Below are positions 11,229 to 21,316 of a stretch of 64,000 bases of DNA, piece by piece. How positions within the stretch are numbered: the stretch's first letter is position 1; each line of letters opens with the position of its first letter. Source of the stretch: Chitinophaga pinensis (lineage in GTDB: Bacteria; Bacteroidota; Bacteroidia; UBA4408); contig CAMAVS010000010.1 in assembly GCA_945861665.1 (NCBI GenBank), positions 13,371-77,370 of the forward strand. Direction: 5' to 3'. Below the pieces are notes generated by a model, which had not been told where the DNA came from, did no database searches, and saw only the letters and a list, made by a program, of their open reading frames with translations. A program made the position numbers and the translations under genes.

Positions 11229-11241
11229 TTACCGAAATAGC

Positions 11242-12498
11242 TTAATCGAAAATTGTAAGTTGTACTTGATCTATTTTATTGGCACTTACAGTCAATACTT
11301 TTAATTTAAAACCATCTAATTCAATTTCTTCATTTCGTTCGGGAATACTCTGGTGGTATTGAATAATTAATCCGGCTAAGGTTTTGTAATCATCAGAGGT
11401 TGGTAAATTGAGTTTATATGCTTCGTTCAAATAATCTACTTCTAATCTGCCGGAAAAAACATATTCAGAATCAGATACTTTTTTTTCAGTCAAATCATCC
11501 TTGTCGTGTTCATCATCAATGTCCCCAAATATTTCTTCCATAACATCCTCTATGGTAACCATTCCCGATGTTCCTCCGAATTCATCTACTATCACAGCGA
11601 TACTCTTACGTTGATCAATAAGTAAATTAAGGATGTCTTTTGCAGGTTTTGTTTCTGGAACAATAGCTACAGGCAATAAAACTGATCGAATATTTTTTGG
11701 TTTTTTAAATAATTCATAGGAGTGTGTGTAACCAATAATGTGGTCTATACTATCTTCATAAATAAGAATTCTTGATAAATGAGTTTCAATAAATTTACTC
11801 TTTAACTCTTCCATAGTTGACAATACATCCAAGGCAACAATTTCATTACGAGGAACCATACAATCCCTGATTTTTACACCCGAGAAATCGAGCGCATTCT
11901 GAAATATTTTTATTTCATTGTCTAATTCCTGCTGGTGCTCACCTGAAGAAAATGTAAATTGTTTCACATAGTTATCCAAATCAATTCTACCGAATGCAAT
12001 TTTATCACTTTCAAGATTTACTCTCAGTACTTTTTTAAGTAAAAATTCTGCTAGTCCAATAGTTAAAAAAACAATTGGGTAAAACAGGTAGTATACTATA
12101 ATGAAAGGGATGGATAGCAAATTAAGTACACGGTTTGGATTAATCCGAAACAGTGCTTTGGGTAAAAATTCGGCTGTTACCAAAACTATCAATGTTGATA
12201 CTATTGTTTGCAAAATTACAATCCCAACTTTTGATTGAATATATTGAGCAATAAAGGGCTCAAGTATTTGAGCCATATAAATACCGTAAATAACTAAACC
12301 TACATTGTTTCCAACAAGTGTTGTGGCAATAAACTTAGAAGGGTTTTTTACAAAATAGGACAAGATTCGTGCGGGTAAATACTGTTGCTTGTTTTCAAGC
12401 TCTATCCGTAATTTGTTGGCAGTTAAAAAGGCAATTTCTATTCCAGCAAAAAAGGAACAGGCAACAAGGGTAATAAGTATGATTATCCAGTTATCCAT
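11242..12498 (-). CDS. Hemolysin-family / CNNM-CBS-CorC membrane protein
   Basis: FFAGIEIAF, TLVGNN, AEFLPK, CMVPR, VDEFGGTSGMVTIED, C-terminal CorC_HlyC domain. Confidence 0.93.
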   Translation of the reverse strand: MDNWIIILITLVACSFFAGIEIAFLTANKLRIELENKQQYLPARILSYFVKNPSKFIATTLVGNNVGLVIYGIYMAQILEPFIAQYIQSKVGIVILQTIVSTLIVLVTAEFLPKALFRINPNRVLNLLSIPFIIVYYLFYPIVFLTIGLAEFLLKKVLRVNLESDKIAFGRIDLDNYVKQFTFSSGEHQQELDNEIKIFQNALDFSGVKIRDCMVPRNEIVALDVLSTMEELKSKFIETHLSRILIYEDSIDHIIGYTHSYELFKKPKNIRSVLLPVAIVPETKPAKDILNLLIDQRKSIAVIVDEFGGTSGMVTIEDVMEEIFGDIDDEHDKDDLTEKKVSDSEYVFSGRLEVDYLNEAYKLNLPTSDDYKTLAGLIIQYHQSIPERNEEIELDGFKLKVLTVSANKIDQVQLTIFD

Positions 12499-12499
12499 T

Positions 12500-12703
12500 T
12501 TATTTTTCCTTGTTTCCTTGTCGGTCTATTTTTTTATTGTTTTTTATAGTTGAAAGATATATTAAAGTTCCAATACCCGCAATCACAAAAAAATATATGC
12601 TACTGTAATAATCACCAAACATTATTTTGTAAATGCCTATAGATAAAGCAATAGCAGAAATGCAAAGCCATATATACTCAAGTGTTTTTATTGTTCTAAG
12701 CAT
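12500..12703 (-). CDS. Small two-TM hypothetical membrane protein
   Basis: Likely start ATG 12703, just after the lptC stop; two hydrophobic helices and a basic tail. Confidence 0.7.
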   Translation of the reverse strand: MLRTIKTLEYIWLCISAIALSIGIYKIMFGDYYSSIYFFVIAGIGTLIYLSTIKNNKKIDRQGNKEK

Positions 12704-12704
12704 C

Positions 12705-13253
12705 TTATATAGGTATGGTTCCTCTAATTTTTTTAATTCGGTATTTTGTGAACGATTGATTAGATTCAAGACCTTCACCCATTAAAATCTCATTGGCTGT
12801 AGTAATTTTCACAAAGGCATCGGAAGAAATTTTATCACCTTCTTCTTCCCATATTAAATGTTCCGTATTTAACTTATCCCCTTTCTCGTTTATTACTACA
12901 ACATTTCCCTTTGCCTCCATTATTTTCGAATTCTGTTTGTGTATAGCGTAGTTAGCTGTAATTCTACTGGTAAGTCCTTTCCCATCTTCAAAAAATGAAA
13001 CATCAATCCCTTTCACAAATTCTTGATAGGGTTCATCGCCTTCGTAATAATCTATTTGTGGTGCTTTTAGTTTTATTTTTATCTGTGCCGAATCACTGAT
13101 AAATATTTCGGAATTGCGTGAAGAAATAGCGGGTGAATTTTTTTTGCGTGTAAGTGATTTTACTTTTTCTATATCATTTTCGCAGGATGTAAATAGGGCA
13201 GCTATAGAGAAGAATAGTATGAATAATGTTTTTGTTTTTGTTGAGTCGCGCAT
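12705..13253 (-). CDS. lptC: LPS export ABC transporter periplasmic protein LptC
   Basis: FTSC lipobox, SDSA, GNVVV, LNTEHLIW, FVKITT, GEGLESNQ. Confidence 0.88.
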   Translation of the reverse strand: MRDSTKTKTLFILFFSIAALFTSCENDIEKVKSLTRKKNSPAISSRNSEIFISDSAQIKIKLKAPQIDYYEGDEPYQEFVKGIDVSFFEDGKGLTSRITANYAIHKQNSKIMEAKGNVVVINEKGDKLNTEHLIWEEEGDKISSDAFVKITTANEILMGEGLESNQSFTKYRIKKIRGTIPI

Positions 13254-13263
13254 TTTAAATTGA

Positions 13264-14529
13264 TTAATCTATTTTGCGCCTAATAAACCACTTGTCGTTT
13301 ATAACTAAACCTAAACTAAATTTTAAGTATTTTTCTTCGATTAAATTATTCTGAACGGTTCCTCTTTTGCCCAATTCAATAGCTACATTGCCTGTTGAAA
13401 AGCTTCTTTTTAATGGGAAACCAAATCCTAGCGAAAAAGCATAATCAGACAACTGTGTGTTGTTTATTTTTAAATAGGTATTGCTGTAATGAAATCCGGC
13501 TCTGTATTGTGTTTTTTTGAAAAAACTTTTTAATGAATTTGGGTCGGGTATGTACTGAAACCCAATACCAATTATATTAGAATTTGTAAGTGAGTCGTCT
13601 TTTCCATTTAGTTTAAAATCTTTCCAATTCTGAGAAGTATAATCAAGTCCGACAAAGTATTTTTCCGATTTTTTTAATACAATTCCCCCACCAATTTTTT
13701 GCGGAATAATAATGTTGTTTTTAATATCAGTAATGTATTGGAGTGTGTCTTTTACTGAAATGGTTTCATTCACTTCAGTGTATGTTTGCACAATACTATT
13801 GTTTGATGTGCTTAAGATGCTTTTTAAACCATAAGTAAGACCAATTGCTATAGACCAGACTTTGTTTAACTGAAGATTGTATTGTGTACCAAAATTATAT
13901 TCCAACCCTTTAATGTTAGATACTGTTTGTTCACGAACATTGAATAGTCTGCCATCAGAATAATAGGCACGTCTTTCTTTTGTGAAATTTCCGAAGAGAA
14001 AATTCGCGTTTGCGCCGATGGAAAAATTTTTAAACAGAGTAAATCCATTTCCCCAATAAAAAAGATTGAGGCCACCGCTTCCTTTGTATAAATAGGATAA
14101 TGTACTGCCTGAAATATTAGATGGCGATGCCGTTGTAATTTTATATCCTATTGCGCTGTATGGTAGCAGCCCGACACTTGTTCCCCACCATTTTTTAACA
14201 GGGAATGCTGCCGTAAAATAAGAGAAATTGGTATTGTTTATTTTTTGTTTTGTAGCCAAAGTCTTTTGTTCGTAAGTATTAGTGCTAACGCCAATTTGGA
14301 TAGCCGTAAGTTTAAGAGAAGAATAACTGGCAGGATTATTATAATTGATAATATATGAACTTTGATAGCCTTTAGACACTCCTCCAAATCCTTTGTTTGC
14401 TGTAAAAGATGAGAATTGTAAATCACCAATTCCGTATCTTGAATAAGCGGAGTTAGTAAGTGTTTGAGCTGAAGCGAAGAAGGAACATGAAAATGCTAAA
14501 AAAAACAGAACGCTATATTTATTGATCAC
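13264..14529 (-). CDS. Outer membrane beta-barrel protein (FadL/OmpP1-like)
   Basis: Signal peptide, NSAYSRYGIG, NNPASY, GLLPYS..GY, GSGGLN, C-terminal NDKWFIRRKID. Confidence 0.8.
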   Translation of the reverse strand: MINKYSVLFFLAFSCSFFASAQTLTNSAYSRYGIGDLQFSSFTANKGFGGVSKGYQSSYIINYNNPASYSSLKLTAIQIGVSTNTYEQKTLATKQKINNTNFSYFTAAFPVKKWWGTSVGLLPYSAIGYKITTASPSNISGSTLSYLYKGSGGLNLFYWGNGFTLFKNFSIGANANFLFGNFTKERRAYYSDGRLFNVREQTVSNIKGLEYNFGTQYNLQLNKVWSIAIGLTYGLKSILSTSNNSIVQTYTEVNETISVKDTLQYITDIKNNIIIPQKIGGGIVLKKSEKYFVGLDYTSQNWKDFKLNGKDDSLTNSNIIGIGFQYIPDPNSLKSFFKKTQYRAGFHYSNTYLKINNTQLSDYAFSLGFGFPLKRSFSTGNVAIELGKRGTVQNNLIEEKYLKFSLGLVINDKWFIRRKID

Positions 14530-15262
14530 TTTTTTTTGTGTTACGATTGTAAAGTAGTATTTCGTTTAAGCCTTTTAATACTAAAAAAGGCTCTGCAAAG
14601 ATGCTCATTTTTAGTGCTTGTTCCAAAAAAGTAGAATCGCCACCGGTTAAAAAAATGTTAATGCCGGGGTATTTTTTTTCGTATTCTAAAATAAATCCTT
14701 TAATCTCCATCACACTTCCAAGCTGAACGCCATTCAATATAGATTCTTCGGTGTTTTCTCCAACTAATTTTGTAATTTTTTGATTAAATCGTATTAACGG
14801 TAATTTAGAGGTGAAATTGTTTAATGCTTTAAAACGCATTGAGATGCCTGGTGATATAGCCCCTCCAATATATTCGTTATTACGATTAATAAAATTGTAT
14901 TTTATACAAGTACCTACATCTATCACCAGAGCATTAATATTGGGTGAGATAGAGTAGGCCCCAATTGCGGCAGCAATCCTGTCGCTACCCAATGTTGGTA
15001 GGCTTTTGTATGTATTTTTTATTGGGATGGGAGTTGTACTTGAGAAAATAATAAGTGAGCATTGTGATTCAATATATTTAGCAATTGCTTGAAAATCATC
15101 AACCACTGATGCAATGATTGCGGATTTAATTTTATGGTTTGAGAAAAGGGTGCTTTGTTTTAACTCCTGTAAGCTTTCGAAATGTTGAAAATTAACTAAA
15201 ATTTTCCCATTAAACACCCCTGTTTTAATGAGAGTATTCCCTATGTCAATAGCTAATTGCAT
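14519..15262 (-). CDS. coaX: Type III pantothenate kinase
   Basis: IDIGNT, LGSDR, IDVGT, GGAISPG, TGGD, L.GL. Confidence 0.96.
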   Translation of the reverse strand: MQLAIDIGNTLIKTGVFNGKILVNFQHFESLQELKQSTLFSNHKIKSAIIASVVDDFQAIAKYIESQCSLIIFSSTTPIPIKNTYKSLPTLGSDRIAAAIGAYSISPNINALVIDVGTCIKYNFINRNNEYIGGAISPGISMRFKALNNFTSKLPLIRFNQKITKLVGENTEESILNGVQLGSVMEIKGFILEYEKKYPGINIFLTGGDSTFLEQALKMSIFAEPFLVLKGLNEILLYNRNTKKSDQ

Positions 15263-15348
15263 CCTACAAAGGTATAAAATATGGTGCTCGAGGGGTAAAA
15301 ATTTTTTTAGATTAAAAAAAATGTTAATTTTGGACTCCCATTTGAGTA

Positions 15349-15421
15349 GGTACCCTAGCTCAGTTGGTAGAGCAAAGGACTGAAAATCCTTGTGTCACTG
15401 GTTCGATCCCAGTGGGTACCA
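15349..15421 (+). tRNA. tRNA-Phe (GAA)
   Basis: GGTACCC/GGGTACC acceptor stem, TAGCTCAGTTGGTAGAGC D arm, AAGGA-CTGAAAA-TCCTT anticodon arm, GGTTCGATCC T loop. CCA not encoded. TAATTTTG promoter element at 15325-15332. Confidence 0.97.
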
Positions 15422-15423
15422 CT

Positions 15424-15464
15424 AAAGTGGGATACTCAAGTCCAAAACTTGGTATCCCACTTTT
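15424..15464 (+). terminator. Intrinsic terminator after tRNA-Phe
   Basis: AAAGTGGGATAC...GTATCCCACTTTT long stem with T tail. Confidence 0.8.
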
Positions 15465-15680
15465 GTATTGCCTAAATCCTGAAAGAGAATATTGGCTTTT
15501 TTATAACAATCAAAGTTTACAATAAAAACCATTTTAGTCGGTAAATATTGTATTTCTTTTTCTTAAATCGATAAACAGTTCATTTTATAGGGCATAATGG
15601 CTTTTTTAAGGACTATGATGAAAATCATAAAGCAGATTGTAAAAATCTTTTTACTTTTAACCTGATAAATAAAAATAAAT

Positions 15681-16685
15681 ATGGACCTAAGACCCGAAAT
15701 AGTAGAGCGAATAAAGCTCTTGGATGAAAAATATAAATTGATGGGACAAAGTCTCGAAAATTATTTGGACGGTTTGTTGCTTTCCAACTATCTTACATAC
15801 TGGGACTATACAAACGTAGATAAGTTATTGATGCTTCAAACTCCTAAAACAGATTTTCCTGACGAGCTTATTTTTATTGTTTACCACCAAATAACGGAAT
15901 TGTATTTTAAGTTATCGCTTCACGAAATGGAGCAAATAGCGAACAATGGTCGCAATGTGTTGAAGAATGGTGAAGACAAAGGGTGGAAAGATAAATTGGA
16001 TAAAGATTTTTTTGTTGCTCGCGTAACCCGAATCAACCGTTATTTTGAATCGCTTACAAAATCTTTTTCCATTATGATAGATGGGATGGAAAAGGAACAA
16101 TTTTTATCCTACCGTATGGCATTGCTTCCCGCTAGCGGTTTTCAATCGGCACAATACCGAAAGGTTGAAATATGCAGCACCGATATGTTTAACTTGGTTG
16201 ACAAAGATGCAAGAGCAAAATTTGAGGGAAAAGAGGCAAGCATAGAAGAAATGTATGAGCATATTTATTGGAAGCAAGGTGCCACAGAATTAGCAACAGG
16301 CAAAAAAACATTGACCTTGATGCAATTCGAAAAAAAGTACTCTAGCGATTTAATTGCTTTAGCAAAAGAACATCAAAACAAAAATTTGTGGGCAAAATAT
16401 AAGTCATTAAGTAAGGAGGATCAACAGGATGATAAAGTATTACAAGCATTAAGGCAGTTGGATGTGAACGTAAATGTGAAATGGCCTTTGGTGCATTATA
16501 AATCGGCAGCACGTTATTTGGGTAATGATAATTCAGATGTTCCTGCAACAGGTGGTACCAATTGGCAAAAGTATTTGCCTCCTCGTTTTCAAAAACGAAT
16601 TTTTTATCCCGCATTGTGGAGCAAGCAAGAAATAGAAGAATGGGGTAAAGCTTGGGTAGAAGAAGTGAGGGCAAAAAAATTCTAA
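15681..16685 (+). CDS. kynA: Tryptophan 2,3-dioxygenase family protein
   Basis: YWDY, DELIFIVYHQITELYFKL, PASGFQSAQYR, TGGT. Confidence 0.9.
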   Translation: MDLRPEIVERIKLLDEKYKLMGQSLENYLDGLLLSNYLTYWDYTNVDKLLMLQTPKTDFPDELIFIVYHQITELYFKLSLHEMEQIANNGRNVLKNGEDKGWKDKLDKDFFVARVTRINRYFESLTKSFSIMIDGMEKEQFLSYRMALLPASGFQSAQYRKVEICSTDMFNLVDKDARAKFEGKEASIEEMYEHIYWKQGATELATGKKTLTLMQFEKKYSSDLIALAKEHQNKNLWAKYKSLSKEDQQDDKVLQALRQLDVNVNVKWPLVHYKSAARYLGNDNSDVPATGGTNWQKYLPPRFQKRIFYPALWSKQEIEEWGKAWVEEVRAKKF

Positions 16686-16694
16686 AAACTTATT

Positions 16695-17099
16695 CTATTT
16701 AGGTATTAGGTAATAATGTTTTGCAACATTGCCTGTTTCTTCTAATTCCAAGGAACGACTTTTAATTTTTACAACATTAAAATAACGTACATCACTATTG
16801 GGTGATGTGTTTGTTAGCTTAAGTTGAGATTTACCGCTTTCGAAAGAGTAATTACCATTAACGGCAATCGTGAAAAATAATACCGTGGCAATTTCTGTAA
16901 AGGTATGACTGCTTTTCGAAAAACTTATTGTGTAATTAGGCAGTGCTGTTTTAAAATCAGCAGTTTTGTCGGTACCATTTTCAGTATACTTTGAAACTAC
17001 CCAGCTACCATCTAAATTTCTTTCATAGGCCATTTTCCCACAGGAAAACAATGCAATACTTGTTACTAAAAACAGGACAGATAAAATAATTTTTTTCAT
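16695..17099 (-). CDS. Lipocalin-like lipoprotein
   Basis: LFSC lipobox, LDGSW lipocalin-like GxW; paralog of the adjacent gene. Confidence 0.7.
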   Translation of the reverse strand: MKKIILSVLFLVTSIALFSCGKMAYERNLDGSWVVSKYTENGTDKTADFKTALPNYTISFSKSSHTFTEIATVLFFTIAVNGNYSFESGKSQLKLTNTSPNSDVRYFNVVKIKSRSLELEETGNVAKHYYLIPK

Positions 17100-17118
17100 T
17101 GTATTTTGTTTTAAGGAT

Positions 17119-17520
17119 TTATCGTTTCAAAAAATATTCTTGTTTGTTTGCGCTTTGTACCAGCTTTCCATAAAACTCCGTAGCCGTTAATTTTTTCATG
17201 TCAAAACTTCGGGTGCTGCTGGTTGGCAATGTTGTTTTTAAAACAAGTTTGTCGCTCATTCCTTTTATTTTCCAAGTACCCGAAACATTTATTTTCAATC
17301 CCAATATAGTAGTATGCTCACTAAAACTATGGTCCTTATTAAAAGTAACAGAATAATTTGGGAAATTGGTATTGAAGAAATTAGTTCGGTCACTTCCGTT
17401 TTCAGTAAATTTATCCATATACCAAACTCCTATAAGTGCTTTGCTGTATTCTACTTTTTTACAAGATGAAATTGTTAAAAGCAAAAAGGTGAGTGATAAA
17501 AGAGAAATAATTTTTTTCAT
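17119..17520 (-). CDS. Lipocalin-like lipoprotein
   Basis: ISSC lipobox, LIGVW, SGTW; paralog of 16695-17099. Confidence 0.7.
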   Translation of the reverse strand: MKKIISLLSLTFLLLTISSCKKVEYSKALIGVWYMDKFTENGSDRTNFFNTNFPNYSVTFNKDHSFSEHTTILGLKINVSGTWKIKGMSDKLVLKTTLPTSSTRSFDMKKLTATEFYGKLVQSANKQEYFLKR

Positions 17521-17526
17521 CTTTTT

Positions 17527-19314
17527 TTAATCTAATTTCAATACTGCCATAAATGCCGATTGTGGTATCTCTACATTACCCACCGAACGCATACGCTTCT
17601 TTCCTTCTTTTTGTTTTTCGAGTAATTTACGTTTACGAGAAATGTCACCACCGTAACACTTTGCAGTAACATCTTTACGAAGTGCACGTATTGTTTCGCG
17701 AGAAATAATTTTTGCTCCAATAGCAGCTTGTATCGGAATTTCAAATTGTTGACGCGGGATTAATTCCTTTAATTTTTCGCATATTTTTTTTCCAAAATTA
17801 TGTGCATTGTCTCTGTGTATTAATGCAGATAGTGCATCAACCGGTTCTGAGTTAAGCAGTATGTCAAGTTTTACTAAGTGAGAAGCTCTGTACTCTAATG
17901 GTTGATAATCAAAAGAAGCATAGCCTTTTGATATGGTTTTTAATTTGTCGTAAAAATCGAAAACAATTTCTCCCAAAGGCATTTCAAACATTAATTCTAC
18001 CCTATCCGTAGTGAGGTAAACTTGATTGGTTAGTATTCCTCGTTTACCAATACACAATGACATAATAGCACCTGTAAATTCCGATTTGGTAATTATTTGA
18101 GCGCGTATATAAGGCTCTTCCACTTTTTCTAAAAAGTTGGCATCCGGTAAGTCGGAAGGATTATTTACAGTTAATTTTACTCCTTTGGTGGTATACGCAA
18201 AATAAGATACGTTGGGAACAGTTGTTATCACTGTCATATTAAATTCCCTCTCCAATCTTTCCTGAATAATCTCCATATGCAACATTCCTAAAAATCCACA
18301 GCGAAAACCAAAACCTAGGGCTGCAGATGCTTCAGGTTCCCAAGTGAGGGACGCATCATTCAACTGAAGTTTTTCCATCGAGTAACGCAATTCTTCAAAG
18401 TCGTCTGTATCAACAGGGTAAATGCCTGCAAAAACCATAGGTTTAACATCTTCAAAACCTTGTATTCCTTTTTCGCAAGGGTTTAAAAAAGTGGTAATTG
18501 TATCGCCTACTTTTACCTCTCTTGCATCTTTTATTCCCGAAATAATATACCCTACATCTCCTGTTTTAACTTCATTGCGGGGTTCCTGTTTTAAACGTAG
18601 CACACCTATTTCATCGGCATTGTATTCTTTTCCGGTTGCTAAAAATTTCACCTTCTCACCTTTTTTAATTGTTCCATTCACAATTTTAAAATAGGCAATA
18701 ATTCCTCTGAATGAATTATAAACAGAGTCGAAAATTAGTGCTTGTAAAGGTGCTTTTGGATCGCCTTTTGGTGCAGGAACTCTGTCTACAATAGCCGCCA
18801 AGATTTCGTGTACACCCATTCCAGTTTTTCCGGATGCTGCAAGAATATCTTCTCGTTTGCAACCCAACAATTCAACAATTTGATCTTTTACTGCCTCGGG
18901 TTCTGCACTGGGCAAATCAATTTTATTTAAAATCGGAATAATTTCTAAGTCATTGCCTAATGCCAAATATAAATTAGAAATAGTTTGTGCCTGAATACCC
19001 TGTGCTGCATCAACAATTAACAATGCTCCTTCGCAAGCCGCAATGGAACGTGAAACTTCGTACGAAAAATCAACGTGACCGGGGGTATCAATTAAATTCA
19101 ATACATATTTTTTACCATTCAGCTCGTAATCCATTTGAATGGCGTGACTTTTTATTGTAATACCTCGCTCCTTTTCAAGATCCATATCATCCAACACTTG
19201 CGCTTGCATATCGCGTTTGCTGATAGTGTTTGTATACTCCAGTAAACGATCGGCAAGTGTGCTTTTTCCGTGGTCGATGTGTGCTATGATGCAAAAATTC
19301 CTAATATTTTCCAT
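17527..19314 (-). CDS. lepA: Translation elongation factor 4
   Basis: [48 protein letters not shown]. Confidence 0.99.
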   Translation of the reverse strand: MENIRNFCIIAHIDHGKSTLADRLLEYTNTISKRDMQAQVLDDMDLEKERGITIKSHAIQMDYELNGKKYVLNLIDTPGHVDFSYEVSRSIAACEGALLIVDAAQGIQAQTISNLYLALGNDLEIIPILNKIDLPSAEPEAVKDQIVELLGCKREDILAASGKTGMGVHEILAAIVDRVPAPKGDPKAPLQALIFDSVYNSFRGIIAYFKIVNGTIKKGEKVKFLATGKEYNADEIGVLRLKQEPRNEVKTGDVGYIISGIKDAREVKVGDTITTFLNPCEKGIQGFEDVKPMVFAGIYPVDTDDFEELRYSMEKLQLNDASLTWEPEASAALGFGFRCGFLGMLHMEIIQERLEREFNMTVITTVPNVSYFAYTTKGVKLTVNNPSDLPDANFLEKVEEPYIRAQIITKSEFTGAIMSLCIGKRGILTNQVYLTTDRVELMFEMPLGEIVFDFYDKLKTISKGYASFDYQPLEYRASHLVKLDILLNSEPVDALSALIHRDNAHNFGKKICEKLKELIPRQQFEIPIQAAIGAKIISRETIRALRKDVTAKCYGGDISRKRKLLEKQKEGKKRMRSVGNVEIPQSAFMAVLKLD

Positions 19315-19449
19315 TTGTTTGCGAAGGTAAGAATTAATCCGAACAAGGTCAATGTATATATTGAACAGAATTGAAAGTAGCCAAACTAGTCAATGAAATG
19401 TGTTTTAGAAAGGAAAAACAATTAAACAAAAAGCACCCAAAATTATTTG

Positions 19450-19465
19450 TGGCACAATTTTGGTT
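19450..19465 (+). promoter_or_regulatory. Possible sigma-54 (-24/-12) promoter
   Basis: TGGCACAATTTTGGTT: GG-N10-GT, with the canonical -12 GC replaced by GT. Confidence 0.35.
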
Positions 19466-19511
19466 AAAACGAGGTTGAATTGACGTATAAAAAACTATTA
19501 AAGAAAATCAA

Positions 19512-19808
19512 ATGAAGTTAAGAATATTCTATTTGGTATTTATAGGTATAACACTTTTAAATAATGTGTCGGCACAAACAGTTAAACCGAAACCGGAAAA
19601 TATACAAGCTGCAATTAATCAGGCATTAAAAAGCGGAAAATTAACTCCGCAACAAACGACAAAATTAAAAGCTCGATCGGCAATGTTGCAAAAGAGTAAA
19701 AACATTAACAAAGTTTTGACTCCTGCAGAAAAAGCCAAATTGGTGGCACTGGCTAAACAGAGAAATAATGCGAATAAAAAACAATTATTTTTTATTCGTT
19801 TACGTTAA
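19512..19808 (+). CDS. Small basic secreted protein, diverged paralog of the next gene
   Basis: Signal peptide ending VSA-Q; INQALKSGKLT...LTPAEKAKL. Confidence 0.7.
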   Translation: MKLRIFYLVFIGITLLNNVSAQTVKPKPENIQAAINQALKSGKLTPQQTTKLKARSAMLQKSKNINKVLTPAEKAKLVALAKQRNNANKKQLFFIRLR

Positions 19809-19859
19809 ACTTTTTGTATTCTTCTTTATCAAAACATAAAAATTGTAAAACTATATTTT

Positions 19860-20177
19860 ATGAAAACTAAATTCTTTTTGTTCTTATTTAACGGAATGTT
19901 AATTACAGGAATAGCATTTGCTCAAACTGCCACACCTAAAGTTGCAAAAAAGCAAGCCAATCAACATGCACGTATCAATGAGGGGGTGAAAAGTGGCGAA
20001 CTTACCAAAAAAGAAGCTGCAGCATTGCGCGCACGTGAAGCAAAATTACAAAGAGATAAGAAAATAGCTAAATTAGACGGTAAAGTGACTCCAGCCGAAA
20101 GGGCAAAATTAAATAGGGAGGCAAACCGCAATAGCAAGGCAATCCACAATCAGAAACACGATGCGCAGCATAGATAA
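19860..20177 (+). CDS. Small basic secreted helical protein
   Basis: Signal peptide ending AFA-Q; Q.ARINEGVKSGELT..EA..L...DGKVTPAERAKL...S.AI..QKHD, a widespread uncharacterised family. Confidence 0.8.
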   Translation: MKTKFFLFLFNGMLITGIAFAQTATPKVAKKQANQHARINEGVKSGELTKKEAAALRAREAKLQRDKKIAKLDGKVTPAERAKLNREANRNSKAIHNQKHDAQHR

Positions 20178-20253
20178 AAAGTAGATTTTTGTCACTTTTT
20201 TGCTATGTAATGAATTCGTAACTTTATTTTATTAGATTTGTGCGCTATCAAAC

Positions 20254-21315
20254 ATGGATTTAATGAATATTCAAATAAATAAAGTTGCTCAATCAAGGGT
20301 TTCTCAGGTTGATTTTGACAAGTTGGTTTTCGGAAAATATTTTTCCGATCATATGTATATTGTCGATTTTGTAGATGGTGTTTGGCAGCAACCACAAATA
20401 TTGCCTTATGGCGATATGCTTATAAAGCCCTCTTTATCGGCATTTCATCACGCTCAATCCATTTTTGAAGGAATGAAGGTGTTTAAGAACAAAGAAGGGG
20501 ATATAATGTTTTTTCGTTTGTATGATAATTTTAATCGTATGAATCGTTCTGCCGAAAGAATGTGTATGCCTCCCATACCTGAAAATATTTTTATTGAGGG
20601 ATTAAAAAAATTGATTGAGATTGATAAAGATTGGATACCTACCCAAGAGGGGAAAGCATTATATGTTCGCCCTGTTTACTTTTCAATTGATGAAGTTATT
20701 GGCGTAAAGCCTGCAGAAAATTACAGGTTGGTAATTATTACCACACCAACCGGTGCTTATTATTCCGAACCTTTAAAAGTATTGGTCGAAAAAACCTATT
20801 CTCGCTCCAGTGAAGGAGGAACCGGATACGCAAAAGCTGCTGGAAACTATGGTGGCGCAATGTATCCAACAAAGTTGGCTATGGAAAAGGGCTACCACCA
20901 GTTAATTTGGACTGATGCCATCGAAAATAAATACATTGAGGAGTCGGGAAGTATGAATGTGATGTTTGTTATAAACGATGTTTTAGTTACACCTTCATTA
21001 AGTAACAGCAAACTTGCAGGAATAACACGCGATAGTATTTTAAAACTTGCGATTGATATGGGAATTAAGGTAGAAGAAAGAAACATTACTGTAGATGAGG
21101 TAATTGAGGCGCACGAAAAGGGACAATTGCAAGAAGCATTTGGCGTTGGAACAGCAGCGAATGTTGCACCCATAGCACTCATTGGAGCAAATGGAAAAGA
21201 TTATGTTTTACCAAACCCTGCCAATTTTGTTGTTGCGAACAAAATAGGAAAAGCACTTACCGAAATTAAAATGGGTAAAGCCGAAGATAAATTTGGTTGG
21301 GTAATTAAACTATAA
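20254..21315 (+). CDS. ilvE: Branched-chain amino acid aminotransferase
   Basis: FGKYFSDHM, QSIFEGMK, LYVRP, AKAAGNY, EESGSMN, LAGITR, GTAA. Confidence 0.96.
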   Translation: MDLMNIQINKVAQSRVSQVDFDKLVFGKYFSDHMYIVDFVDGVWQQPQILPYGDMLIKPSLSAFHHAQSIFEGMKVFKNKEGDIMFFRLYDNFNRMNRSAERMCMPPIPENIFIEGLKKLIEIDKDWIPTQEGKALYVRPVYFSIDEVIGVKPAENYRLVIITTPTGAYYSEPLKVLVEKTYSRSSEGGTGYAKAAGNYGGAMYPTKLAMEKGYHQLIWTDAIENKYIEESGSMNVMFVINDVLVTPSLSNSKLAGITRDSILKLAIDMGIKVEERNITVDEVIEAHEKGQLQEAFGVGTAANVAPIALIGANGKDYVLPNPANFVVANKIGKALTEIKMGKAEDKFGWVIKL

Positions 21316-21316
21316 T

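Noticed and set aside
15349-15680. Integrative element at tRNA-Phe (also considered for tRNA-Glu)
   Set aside because: No integrase and no duplicated tRNA 3' end noticed; flanking genes are ordinary chromosomal genes
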